Shown here piece after piece: positions 40,501 through 52,985 of a DNA stretch of 64,000 nt. Origin of the DNA: Catajapyx aquilonaris (lineage: Eukaryota); contig KZ538154.1 in the NCBI GenBank assembly GCA_000934665.2, positions 1 to 64,000 on the forward strand. The letters run 5' to 3'. The notes under the pieces were generated by a model, which was given only the letters and a program-made list of their open reading frames with translations, made no database searches and was not told the DNA's origin. How positions within the stretch are numbered: the first letter of the stretch is position 1; every line of letters starts with the position of its first letter. The position numbers and the translations under genes were made by a program.

Positions 40501-41457
40501 TGCTGACTCAGCGCGTGATTTTTAAGTTTTCGGAAGCCTAATGATCTGAACTGCACGTTCTGTATGTGAAAAGTCCAATATAACAATTTAGTTGATAAGC
40601 AGAAATTTAAATATACCATTAGAGCCGCTCAGGCTCCACCTACGTAGGTAAAGGTGTTTCGCCCACCTACGTAGTTAAGGGTTAATCAACCTTGTCATGT
40701 GGGTCACGTGGGTATATGCAAGTGAATATTTGGATCCATTGGGCTGTGTGTTTCAGAATTTAGTTTCCAACTAAGGCCCCTAGTCTGATGACCCTGGGTA
40801 AGCTATCCCGGGGGCAATCACCATGGCAGCATATGTAAAAGGATAGCAGTAAACAACCAGTTACCCCAGGGGGCAAGCTACCCCGGGTCACCAGACTATA
40901 TACCTAAGTCACAGATATTTCATATGCACCCACAAGGACAGCAATTTACAGTCTGCGACATTTCAACCAATGTGGAAGTGAACTAAATAATAAAAACCGA
41001 ATGTATCACAATGGGTAGTCAGACACATTCAGACATAAATTATACATAGACCTGAGTAAGACAGGAAATCAATAGCAGTTGTATTAGAAATATTTCACAA
41101 TCATCTGCAAGAGGTGCACACTTCTTCAAGCCGATAAAACCCCAGGTTGTAATTTTGTGATACTGTTTGTGAGATGATATGGGCTATCACATAAATGCAC
41201 TGTGTAAATTGGGCAGGTCTGTGCTTTAACAGTGAGTATCTGTGTACTGTACATCCCTCTGACTTTTTCACGGCTGTCAGACAGACTTCCGCACACTTAG
41301 GTATGTTCCGTTATGTCACATCAGTGATCATACCTCATAGTTGCTGATAGTCGCCACGTTAGCATTAGTCCTGAAAAGCACAAAATAACACAAATTAATG
41401 CCCCAAATTAACTAAAACCTAATACAAATTTAGAGATCCAACAACTCACACTTCCAT
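37541..41457 (-). CDS. CRCP: RNA polymerase III subunit RPC9 / CGRP receptor component protein
   Basis: Exons 41457-41450, 41370-41334, 39978-39889, 39830-39678, 37753-37541 give MEVTNANVATISNYE...QNLATIAYEITNYLEKTPCKHQTPEIIQEFL...[36 protein letters not shown] plus an acidic tail. Largely missed by the ORF track. Confidence 0.93.
37967..38128. mobile_element. Tc1-like MITE
   Basis: TA-CAGTGTTGGACATTAATCGAGGCATACTGCTA...TAGCAGTATGCCTCGATTAATGTTCAACACTG-TA; arms of about 60 bp. Confidence 0.85.
38921..39594. mobile_element. Non-autonomous DNA transposon, possibly PIF/Harbinger-like
   Basis: Perfect 14-bp TIR GGGGAAGTAGCCTT...AAGGCTACTTCCCC in AT-rich flanks (AAT / ATT). Confidence 0.7.
40208..40681. 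mobile_element. piggyBac-like MITE
   Basis: TTAA-CCCTTAACTACGTAGGTGG...CCACCTACGTAGTTAAGGG-TTAA, with internal repeated GAGCC/GGCTC motifs. Confidence 0.88.
40781..40899. mobile_element. Small inverted-repeat element (MITE-like)
   Basis: TAGTCTGATGACCCTGGGTA...TACCCCGGGTCACCAGACTA. Confidence 0.6.
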
Positions 41458-41559
41458 TGTGGATCCCCCACGCTTCAGTCTGCAATTAGAAGACATCAGA
41501 AAGACACCATACATTCTAAAAAGTAGTTGAACAATTTATTTTAAATAACGAAACATACA

Positions 41560-41699
41560 TTTCCATAATCATAATCATAAACCAAATTAATAAACCGCAA
41601 CTAGTGCCCTACACTACAAGCGCCCTACACCCTAAGCGGTAGTAGTACGCTCATTTAGACACAGCCAAATGCGGATGTCGTTTTACCCTCGAGGTGAGT
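41560..41699. promoter_or_regulatory. Probable bidirectional promoter (CRCP versus LPGAT1/ARMC5) and a plus-strand non-coding first exon ending at 41693
   Basis: Head-to-head arrangement; duplicated GCCCTACAC motif near 41606 and 41620; consensus donor GAG|GTGAGT at 41693/41694. Confidence 0.5.
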
Positions 41700-42939
41700 C
41701 TTGCCATTTTTTTTCTCTCTCTTTCCATTCCCCCCAGTCCCCAGAGCTTAATCCACGTCAGAAACGTCCCTCTTCCCCACCCTGACCTCGCTTCATATCA
41801 AGTTTAGGGCCCGAGTCCCCTGCGAATCGGACGCACGCGTTTCCGGCACTTGTTTGGCGCGATCCCCACCACCCCCCCAGCCCCGGGGTACCACCGCCCC
41901 CCCTCCCTTGCCCCCCCATCATTTTTTATATTCATTCGATATTGAGCTGGGCCTAAATCGTTCGGTGGGTCAAACACAGTACGAAGACGAAAAAACCGCG
42001 GGTGTAATGTAGGGGAGCCGGCCGGTTAATTTCAGGTACTAGGTACGTATGTTGGGATTACGCCCTCTATGCAAGACTCCCAAGGGTTTCAAAATAGTGA
42101 CTGTTACAGCTGTATTGACTCATTGCAGTACTTTGACACCTTGTTTATCTGGGTGGACGATAACATTAGTTACAAAATCAGGGGGGATGACAAATAAACC
42201 ACCATGTCTGCTGACCTTTAAAATTGTGATTACGGATCAGCTTTTTTTTTCTTGTCCGGGTTGATAGCCGGGGATTAAGAGGGTCAGCTGAGGATTAGTT
42301 TGCAACATTGTATGGCAGGTGCTGTCGGGATTATAGTGACAGACATTTATAACCAACACCAGTTGTTATTGTAACTGAAGAGTTAAGTGAGGGGAAATTT
42401 GCTGCCACTGTGCTACTTTGTATGTTTGGATTAAATGGAAATGTGCTTCCATTAGCGAAAGTTTGGTGTCAAAATGCAGTTGATGAGATGGACAACTTTC
42501 AGATGTATGTAAACTTTGCTGTATGTGCATTTTGACAGGTTCGTAGTTCATGTGTTCATCATGCCACCTTTGGCCAGGGTCCAACTTGAAAAGGTTGTAG
42601 TGTACTATTGTCATTATTGCATAACACGGCTCACACCTTGGCCTATTGCACTTTAGCACATAAACCTAATCTCCGTAGCTTTGATTAGAGAGTGGTGAGA
42701 TGCAGCTGTAAATGTCACTACCTTGCAGACTTGTAGTGCCAGTAGATCGGGAGACACATCCCAGACGACTGTTGTCAGTGCTAATCTGGTTCCTAACCCT
42801 CTAGAACAACGCCGCTGTGAAAAGGGTTTGGAAGTGGAAGTCCTGGTAGTGCACAAGTGACTCTAGACTCCTGTTTGTGTCTGTGCATTTCTTTCTCTCG
42901 GTGCGTGGGGGTTGCACAAAATAGAGAGAGGAGGGTGCA

Positions 42940-43995
42940 ATGGAAGGAAGACTGGCTCCGACCCAGGTGTGTCGTGGTGCTCTGCGCGTCGCCTTTGTTT
43001 TGGCCAACAATCTGTACTGCATCCCAACGTACTTTGTCTGGCTGCTGCTGCTCTTACCACTATGTCTGCAACATCCAGAGCTCTACTGGCGGATAGAGGG
43101 CAGACTGTACCACTGGCTGCAGTGCATGGTTGGGGGATGGTGTTGGACAGCTGGATATAATGTAGTTGAAATGGGACATGATATTACTGGCTGTCTAGAT
43201 GACGAGACACTTGTCATGCTTAATCACCAGTCTACTGGCGATGTCCCCCTCCTAATGAGTGTACTTGAGACACGTCGTAATGTGATCCCCAACCTCATGT
43301 GGATTATGGATCGCATGTTCAAGTTCACCAATTTTGGACTTGTATCCTACATGCATGGGGACTTTTTTATATCATCAGGGAAGGAGAGAAGGGAGTCTTC
43401 TCTGGTGGACCTGAAGGTGCACCTTCACCAAAGCTATATCCCCCTACGTCGCAAATGGATGGTCCTGTTTCCCGAGGGTGGCCTTCTCAGCAAGAGGCGA
43501 GAAAGCAGCCAGCGCTTTGCCCGCAAGAATGGGTTGCCTGTCTTGGAACATGTTACCCTGCCACGTGTTGGTGCAATGCTGGGCATTGTGCACGAGCTGC
43601 CTGGGCGCCTGAAATGGGTGCTGGACATTACAGTAGCTTACCCCGAGGGTAAACCCCTGAGTCTTGATGCAGTAGTATTTGCACTAGAGCCTCCTAGGGA
43701 GATCATCATGTATTACCGGGTCTATTCATTTGGGGAAGTGCCTAATGACCAGGAAGGGCTGACCCAGTGGCTCTATGATCGATATGTGGAGAAAGAGAGC
43801 ATGCTTGACAAATACTACAGGACTGGCAAGTTCCAGGGTGATCCCAAGGTGGGACCCCAGGGAGACTGGGAGACAGGGAGGAGACCTGTGGAGCACGATT
43901 GGCTACGGCATGCGTTCCTGCACCTTTTCTTTATTGTCTCCACCCTGCTACATATTCGAATGTTCAAGTATGTCTTTTCGATGGTGTGGGCATGA
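42940..43995 (+). CDS. LPGAT1: Acyl-CoA:lysophosphatidylglycerol acyltransferase 1, intronless CDS
   Basis: 351-aa ORF with ANNLYCIPTY, the catalytic NHQSTGD (HX4D), FKFTNFGLVS, HGDFFI, LFPEGG, HVTLPRVGA, DITVAY, WLYDRYVEKE. Confidence 0.94.
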   Translation: MEGRLAPTQVCRGALRVAFVLANNLYCIPTYFVWLLLLLPLCLQHPELYWRIEGRLYHWLQCMVGGWCWTAGYNVVEMGHDITGCLDDETLVMLNHQSTGDVPLLMSVLETRRNVIPNLMWIMDRMFKFTNFGLVSYMHGDFFISSGKERRESSLVDLKVHLHQSYIPLRRKWMVLFPEGGLLSKRRESSQRFARKNGLPVLEHVTLPRVGAMLGIVHELPGRLKWVLDITVAYPEGKPLSLDAVVFALEPPREIIMYYRVYSFGEVPNDQEGLTQWLYDRYVEKESMLDKYYRTGKFQGDPKVGPQGDWETGRRPVEHDWLRHAFLHLFFIVSTLLHIRMFKYVFSMVWA

Positions 43996-44658
43996 GGGAC
44001 AGTGTTTTTTTCATTTCTAGATAGTCTCATTCGTAGTCATTTTTGGTGGCAATGGTGGTGGGTCAGGGGGGCCACTAATCCTTTCTGCAAAGCAAAACAC
44101 AAGCACAATGATTGCAAGATTTAGTTAGTGATTCCACGAGTGTAGTGCATTTCTCAGGTTTTCATCAAGAAGGATTACAAATTGTTCTTTCTTGACACAC
44201 TCTATGTGGTTGTTACTAGTCTGCTAGGTTCTGGGAGTGCGTGATATGAAGCTTGAGTGTACCTGCCGAGCAACATCGAAACCAGTATTAGTGTTAGCAC
44301 TACACAGCGCGTGCTGCTGGCTGCATGCAATGTCAATGTGTCACCAACGAGTTGCACATTTTTTGGTAGGGCTGTGCCCTGCTGTAATTTATTTCGCATA
44401 ATAAGTCCGGCTGAGAAATACTGCAGTGCTTTCGATAAACCTTTCACCTTTTGTTTTGTTATTTTTTACTTTAAATATTGTGTAAATGTATGTCATACAA
44501 AGAAATAATGTTCCATTTTTAGGTTGTAAGTGACAAAAAAGCATGACATAATAAGAGTGGACGAGTTTTAGAGTGAAAGCCAAAGATATGCTGCTAGTGC
44601 GACTGTACCAGTAGTATTGTGATAACACTAGAGAGGGGGTGGGAGTCGAGGCAAAGAT

Positions 44659-47600
44659 ATGGATTGGAACGAGATGGCCCACCTTGTGCAAGAGCTGCGT
44701 GGTTCCTCTTCTCATGTGTATAAAGCCCTGAATTCCTTGAAGAAGATGACTGCCCAGCGAGACAGGATTGTGGAATTTGTTTCGTTGGGAGGAGTGGAGT
44801 GCCTTGTGGCACTGTTGCAGAAACCCAGTCCCAAAAACATTGACTTGAGTATCAGCTTGTTAGCAAATTGCACCAGGGAGGATGAGGCACGAGTAAAAGT
44901 GAGTATGAATTCCCTTGCATAGGGCTTGGGTAGAGTTGGTTCTTATTGATTACATATATACTGACAGTGAATTCATGCCTTTAAATGAATATTATGTATG
45001 TTTCTGGCTTATTTTCATTTTGTTCTATTTTGGATTCATTCTTGCACCTTAAAATTGGGAGTGGACCAACTCACTTGAGCCTGTTTTAGTGCAATGATTT
45101 GTTGACAGCTAATAGTTATTTATTTATTTTTTGAAACAAGGTGCGAAATGCAGGAGGTCTTCCTGTGGTTGTGAATGTCCTCAAATGCATTGCTGTGGAG
45201 GAGACTTTGTGCAGGGGCTGCAGGGCTGTAGCTAACCTGGCCGAAGATCCAGTCTGTTGCACTGAGTTACACCGCCTGGATGGAGTTGAAGCTGTCCTGT
45301 CTGTTCTGGGAAAATGTGAGGGGACTGCTTCCAAGCACATGGCTGTCAGAGCTCTCAGGTTGGGAACTTTGCTGCAAATGTATAATTTTAAAAAACTACA
45401 ACTCATATGCAGTATAGGTAATTGAGTAGCAAGAGACTCCATGAAGCATTTTCTTTTCTAAATTGTTTCCAAGGTATGAGTGTAAAATTTCCCCATGAAA
45501 ACTACGTATGGTGTGGGAGCAAAATGTTTTCACAAATTTCATTGATGCTGTCATGTATGTTCATTCCTAGAGGATGTTGCTAAACTCAGCGGCTGCCACA
45601 GTGGCTGTCAGCACTGCTGAGCTCGCTGATGGTCAATCTTTGCTGAGTTTAACCACTTTTTCGCTGCCTAGTTCTGCTATTCCAAGATGGATGCCATTTG
45701 CATGGCAAAATCGAACAAGGCATCCCAAGCGAAAGGCACTTCGCCTGGAAATCTGTGTTGAATAAAGCAGCAATAATGTGCTCGACTTAGCAAGGTTTAG
45801 CAAGGTTTAGCAATGACTTGATAACCTCCGCTGCGGCAGCCGCTGAGTTGAGCAACGTATTCCTTGCCTGAAGAATTTGGTTGATTTATTTTGTTCTTTG
45901 TTGATTTGTTTGTACACTTCCAAGCAATAAAAAGAATAAGTTGTTCACATTTTGGTTGAATTGTAATGTGAATTATCAGGTGTTTGGAAACTCCTAATTT
46001 TTTTCTATTTTCATAACATTTCTGTTCCTTTTCATGCAGGCGATTATCTGATGGCAAGGCACACAGTACAAGAGTGGTTAATCTGAAGGGAATGGCTGCT
46101 GTTGCCAAGCTGCTGCCATCAGGAAGAGATGAATTAACCAGAGAAATTCTTCGAACAATAGCGCTTTTTACTTCCAACTCTCTGCAAGAGTGTATTGAGC
46201 AGGTATCACTCACGATTGCCTCTGTTGTGTGTTTATGTCACAAGTCAATCACTTTCAGGTGCAAGGGACCACATGTGATATCTTGGTGAGCCTAACTGAA
46301 TCATCCAAGAGTGAATTGGTTTCTATGGCTCTAGCATGTATTGTTAACCTCAGCAACAATTCGACGATACGACCTGATTTGGGAAATGCCATTCCTGCCT
46401 TAATACATGCTCTGCGGAAGCACGATGGGAGAAATATGACTGGTAAGATAAAAGGAGGGAGGATTGATTTTTCTCTATTTTGCAATAATTTATGATGGAG
46501 GATGTTTATAATAATGTCGGGCGGTATTTGCTTCGGCATTGCATATACATTACTAATGTAGGTAGCCCCTGTTTACAATGCTCCAGTTTACTGCATTTCA
46601 CATTAAAGATTTTTTTTTAAATTACTGTAAAGTGAAAAATAAGGATTGAAAAAATTGAAAATAACACAAAAATTTGGCAGTTACACATTTCTACAATCCC
46701 CATGAGTCACAACATACAATAGGCTGTTTTTTTGGCTTTTTTCTGATTTTTCTGGTATATCCCAGCATTTGGGATGCCCATCTAATTAGCATTAAAGTGA
46801 AGTCATATGTAATTCTGTAATTAAAGCACTATGTACACAGTTATAAGTCCTGCTTGTCTAGGAATTGAGTTAAACCTAATCTCACTCAGATGACAATCTA
46901 GTCTCAAGGACATGAAAAGCATGACCCCTGTCGGAATAGTGGTTCTCGGCCATTATGGTATGGACGCTAATATCATTAAGTAAGGGGAGCAAACTTTTTA
47001 CCAGCAGACAAGTTTATTGTTGTGTGGAGGGCTTTTAAAGGCAGGTTTCACTAGTTTCCTGCTGCCCACTAAAATTTATGGTCAGGGAAATTGCTGATTG
47101 TGCACTGTGGGTTGTTCAGTGTGATACACCTTACAATCATGTTGTAAAATGAACCTAAAATATAAAGCACACAACCTGCAACCGTTCATTCGTTCATGCT
47201 AGTTGAAGTGAACAGTGGAGCTTAAAATGGTGGACAGCTGTAATGTGTGCTGATATCGCAGCACAATAACATTATTATGGGGGGCCTGAATATTTTCATT
47301 GCAAATGTAATGCAGTTTTTGTGCTTTTTTTGAATGCAACATGAGAAAAAAGGTGTCAAAAGAAGCTCAACCAATTTTCATTGTCAATAATTGAGAAGGG
47401 GGGAAAAAAATGTGAAAAAGAGTGCTGACCTAGTCTTGTAGATTTGTCTGTGGAGGGGCTACCCTACTCAAAACTGGTTTGGTTGGTTAGGTTGGAACCT
47501 AACAAGTAATAAACATAATTTATGTTGCTTTCTTTTGGGTGTAAGTTGCCATTGTGGCTGTGGAGGCCCTTATATTTCTACATGAATTGTTGTTCAGAAT

Positions 47601-50600
47601 ATCCTGTTGCTACATCTTTAGCTAGAAACTGAAATTTTATGGAAGGTATTTTCTCTTGTACCATGAAGTGAATATGTATTATTCTTTGTAGGATTTGTGT
47701 CCCAAGTGAGAGCGCTGTGTGCCTTCAGTTATGAATCGAATAACCGTGAAAAACTTCTAGAACATGGTGGTTTGATACTGTTAGTGGACATTCTGAAAGA
47801 TACTGGAAAGAAATTACTGCATGAGAAAATTATCCACTCACTCCAGAACTTTTTGTATCATGAACCTGCCCTTATTGCCTTACGTGATGCTGGATTAGTG
47901 CCAATTTTAGTTGGTCTCCTTAAAGAATATGTGGAGGACAATTGGCATGACCATGAAATAGTGGTCATACATGATGTTGATGAGTCAAGTCAGGATATGT
48001 TGTGGGAAGCGAGTTCAGAGTCTGAAACAGAAGAACATGTTAAGACCCCCAAGACTTTTAGGGCAAACTCTCCCAGCTACAGGGAGATACTGTGGCACAA
48101 GGAGGAAACCGACAATCACACATTAATGGAAATATCTAATTTATGCACATCACAAAGTCCTGGAAGCTCTCCTGAATCAATTGCCAGATGGTGGTCTCCA
48201 GCCCGCATGCAAGTCAGTGACAGTTCTCCATCATCCAGTGCATACTCACCTGAGAGGTCACCATCCAGCTCATGGTCACCTGAAACAAACTGGTCACCAA
48301 TACATCCATCATCACCTGCAACATCAGTTGAATTTGCCAATCTTCCCGATGTTGATGACCGACGATATTCACCTGTGTTTGATGATGAAAGTGAAACTGA
48401 GCAATGTGATACCCTTGAACATAGTTTGAGTGTAAGTGAACCACCCAAGAAGAGAGCTAAGGTTGAAAGGTCTATACCTGCATATTTATCTGATGGAGAA
48501 GCTCATAGAAGCGGCACCAGACCAAGGGAAGGCCTGGATCTTTGGATAATGAGATTGCTGGCACATTATGCATATATGAGTGAGCCTGGTACAGACATGC
48601 TTTCAGAGAAGACTTGGCGTTCCCTTTTGGATTATGTAGTGAACACCAGGGACCCTTTCCTCACCAAGGCTGAAATTGTTTTGACGTCTTTAACCAGGTA
48701 AAGTAATCCACCAGTGTTTTGGTAACCTTCCATACATTGTCAATGATAGTCCATATACCTATGTACTATTATGTAAGGTACGTATATGGAAACAAAATGG
48801 GGGGGGGGGGGGGNNNNNNNNNNNGTGTATGGGAAGGGGGTTGGAGGGGGAGATGGGGAGAAGTAGCTACCAGTGCTAAAGAAGCCCGATGTTCCTTTTA
48901 AGTCCGTGTGTTCAGAGCTTGATCGATTTTTGTGGGAATGTGTGTCATGCTGTTAAATCAATGGGAAATAATATAATAATTTTTATTTAAGGAAATATTC
49001 ACATTAGTAATAGTTTGATTCTAAATGTTTCAGGAACTTTCGATGCTTTATTGACTTCATGAGACACAACTATCCAGTCACCGTTTTTGAAAAAATGTGT
49101 CAAATGCGTCATGAAAAATGTTCCACGTGTAAAGACTTGAAGGAGTTTGGTGAAAAACGTTTGCTAGATTTCTCGGTCACAGCTGAAGGAGGTTATGCAT
49201 TTGGGGAGATGAAGATGATGCTGATGAATTCAAGTAGAGATGTTCAGATGAGTGTTTCAATCGCTATTCCATTCATTATCAGGTGAGTTTTGGTGAACCT
49301 TGAAATGTGGGGGTGTCAGATTATTAGCTGAGCATCTATCATCTGTAAGGATGAATTTGACAGTCCTTTAACTGTGAGGGTTGGAAATGATGCATTGTTT
49401 ACTCCAACATTGATCTTTGATATCCAGGAAATCGGTGAAGTGAGTTGGAAGTAGGTGATATCTCTGTGACAACATCTCTCACTCTCCAAGAGCTCAACTC
49501 GGAAGGTTGTAGAGCTTGGCGAGAGAAAGCCATGTCACAAGCAACAATGTGGCAACAACTGATGTTCAGAGCTGCTGATGAATGTGTGTCCTTTACTGTT
49601 GCATCACCTGTTGGCAGACGGATGAGTTTCCATCTGCCACTGGTTTTTAGCTCTCCTGTTTCCCTGGAAGATCCTTTCCTTCAGCTTGCTTTCCTTTTCA
49701 AACTACCCTCTTGGCAGAAAATTAGAAAGCCAAGAATCTTCGAGAAATCTTGGGAGGGTGAGAGAGACAATTGTTGTTTATGTATTTGGGCAATGCTGAG
49801 TTATTTCTTAATGCTCAAAGACTCTGAGTTAACCAATGCACTGGCCCAGCAGCCAAGAATTTAAAATGGAGCTATATTTTGTGCCAAGAGCCCAGCCTAC
49901 TCACAACTTCTGACTTATGTTGGCATATATTGAGAGGCTTCTAATCAGGAAGCTACAAATCCGCTGACATTCCTGAAGAAAGATGTGACTTAAATGTAGC
50001 TTCCAGTTGGAGTCTCTTAAGAAAGGCTAGAATTGTGGTTTTCACTCAACATCTCTCGGAGAATATTGTGGTCTGCTGGCAGCCAACGGTGTCATAAGAA
50101 TAAAGATAAAAATTCCTCCAATTGTACTCGTAATTTGAAGTTATGGTGATAAAGATTGAGGAAAACCTGATTACACACTGACTCTGAATGATAAGTGAAG
50201 TTTTGTCCATATGACCTGTGTGAGAGGGTTAGTATTACAGTCCTTTCACCCATACGTGATCTTTTTGATTACATTGCATAGCAGACAGGCCTCATACACA
50301 TCATATTTGAAATACAAGTCTATTAAATGTCACATTTCTTGTTATAAGCACAGGACTTGTTATATTTCAGAAAGAAGAACTTGCTCTGGAAGCTGATGGT
50401 GGCAGCAAATGGCCTGGATATGTTATTTGAGGCCATGAGGGACCCTGACCCATGTCGAGACCAGATATTTGCATCCGGTTTGACTCGTCTAGCCCAGTCA
50501 ATTGGGATTGAGCCACCCAGAATTTCTGCAGAGCCAGACTTCCACCCTCCTCCAAGTGATAAATGCTTGTTCTTGAACTTACCCTCAGATGTAACTTTCC

Positions 50601-51136
50601 TGCTAGATGATGGCACAGTGTTAGGTGTCAACCGCACCATGCTGGAGAAGAAGTCAGATGTATTTGAAGCAATGTTTCGAGGTAGCTTCTGTGAATCTTT
50701 CCAGACACAAATACGTATGCCCCAAGTGACACATAATGCCCTAATGTACATTGTGCACTACATTTATGGGTGTAGAACAATTAAGTGCCACTCACTACGT
50801 ATACATAATCATATGCAGGTCATAGAGCTGTTGCGTTTATCAGACCAATACTTGCTTTCCGATCTACATGAAATGCTGGTCAAGAAAATGGTGCAAAAGT
50901 TTTTGAATGAGGCTGCCTTTGTTGATGTGTTTGTTTCTAAGGTGTTGCACACGGCAAATCTAGTTGAGCTTTTGTTACAGCAGTTTCTGTGCGGTTCATT
51001 AACAAGCAAGAGCAAAGCTGCTATCATTGCAGGGATGAGAGAGGCTGAGTGTTGGGAACAGTTCATGGAAGAGGTGAAAGGTCATTTGCACAGTCGACTG
51101 GATTATATAAGGAGAGGATCAAATTGGGATTCGTGA
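44659..51136 (+). CDS. ARMC5: Armadillo-repeat and BTB-domain protein, ARMC5-like
   Basis: Exons 44659-44898, 45141-45358, 46040-46202, 46259-46442, 47692-48697, 49034-49282, 50371-51136. ARM repeats (LSISLLANCT, RGCRAVANLA, VRALRRL), SP-rich insert, C-terminal BTB (SDVTFLLDDG...SDVFEAMFRGSFCES). Confidence 0.85.
45571..45864. mobile_element. Inverted-repeat element (MITE-like) in an ARMC5 intron
   Basis: GTTGCTAAACTCAGCGGCTGCC(A)CAG...CTGCGGCAGCCGCTGAGTTGAGCAAC, with internal tandem TTAGCAA(GGT) x3. Confidence 0.65.
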
Positions 51137-52985
51137 ACTAATGCAAATTTTTCCTGCCTTTTTTGTTACAGTATTAAGGTAGTCATTCCTATGAATAATA
51201 GTGGGTCATAGCATGTGAACTCAATGAGGCTGTGTGCATCACTAGAGAATTCAGTGCACATTGCATTCCCCAATTCCTCAGTTTTGTGGGAAAGGTTGAT
51301 CAGCCTGTGGAGCTACCTGATTTATTAAAATGATATATTTCCACTTCTTAGTGTGGTCATGAGTTGTGATTTTCTAAAATGATGCTACAATGTCCCAATA
51401 ACGTTTCTAATATTATTCAAGCTCTACTATCGTTCATATTGCTGGATACATGCAGGACTTTTAAGGATGTCAGACCAGAATATTATATTTGTGTGTTAGT
51501 GTCAGAGGATGAAAAGAAGCCCAGCAATCCGATTGGTTGCAGCCATTATTTGCTCATAAAGCAGTATGAAAGAGTATCTTATGAACATGTCAAAATTGTG
51601 AGCTTAGTAAGTGGCTAGGTCAGCTGAATTTGCCAGTGTTTGCATCTTGACTCCAACAGGTTTAACCTTAATTTTGACACCTTAATCCCCGTAATCCCAT
51701 TATTCATGAAATGTTGTTTGGAACATTCAACATTATTAATGAAACTAGGAACTTTCATTCATTCATTACATCACGGCATTAATCTCATAATGGGGTAGCC
51801 AGTGATGACCAATGTGTACAGTACACCTAGCCAATTCGATTGACCAGAACAATGAAGTCTTTCGGTGACTGATCAGGCCATGCAAATGATGTCATGGAAG
51901 AAGTTATTATGAAATCAGTGATATGAAAACATGCATGAAAATCATATAATGTAAATACATAAACTACGTAGGAACATAATCGCTGAAAATGTCTACAAGT
52001 TGCAGAAGTGGAAACATTCAAAATCAGGAAACTTCATTGGCTAAGATAATTTAAAAGCATATTAAGTATGCCACGATATGCTCACATACAGTGCAGATTA
52101 TCTATGAATGTACAATCCTGCGCATAATATGTAATGGAAGCAAAACACACAGGGCTATGTTTCTGTCTCCGTTACTGGGACAAATATGATCGGAAAATTG
52201 GTGATGCCACAATTTTAGTTGTTAGTGGGCAGAGGCCCATCCGGTGATAAAATGGAATGTTGCACAGCTTTTAGCATATTTTCTCAGCAGTGGAAAACAG
52301 TGCAAGGTATCTTTCCACCTTTAATTTATTTGCTGTTGGTTCCCATGACGCTGCACTATTTTGTGCATGTACAGTACTCATTTATCGACTACCAGGCATG
52401 TTGAATAGTAAAATTAGATTTGTTTTCTAAGGTGATGGAGCAGAAAAGTTTTTCATTTGTAAATAATTTATCCATGGATGATCCTATTATAGAATTGAAA
52501 TCCAAGGCATTTACATATGATTGGGATCACTGTTTTGCTATGTATGTAGTTTTTTTTTTTTGAACTTATTTTTAATGAATCATGTGGTTGTGTAACTTGC
52601 AAAAGGTCAAAGATATTTGTATGGATTGGTGTTCAGCAAACGTGTAGATTATGTTGGAATGAATGTGCGAAACAATAAAACGAATTTGTCTAGTCCAGTG
52701 ACACAGCATAAACTTTTGTGTTTTTTCTCATGGTTGTTTGTGCAAGGGCAAGTAAAAAAATAACCTTACTGTGGCACTAAAAATTTTCCGGCAGACACAT
52801 TGTTGGACATGTGACATCAGCAAGTTAGACAAGGTGGCTGCTCCCCTGGAAGTATGCACTGAGGAGGAACAGCATGCAGTTAATTGTTTTTTTTTTTCTG
52901 GATAGTGAAGGTCGGAAACCTGCAAATATTAATGACAGAATTATTAAACTTTTTTTACCCAATGACATTTATTTAGGAGTAAGTT

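Noticed and set aside
40785..40820. CTGATGA plus hairpin
   Set aside because: No GAAA; it is the arm of an inverted-repeat element.
48798..48860. G-rich tract as a functional G-quadruplex (also 21580-21612 and 9329-9346)
   Set aside because: These homopolymers contain N bases, so the assembly is unreliable there.
49445..49864. 139-aa ORF in an ARMC5 intron
   Set aside because: Non-ATG start and no recognisable domain; the flanking exons join in phase without it. Possibly decayed TE sequence.
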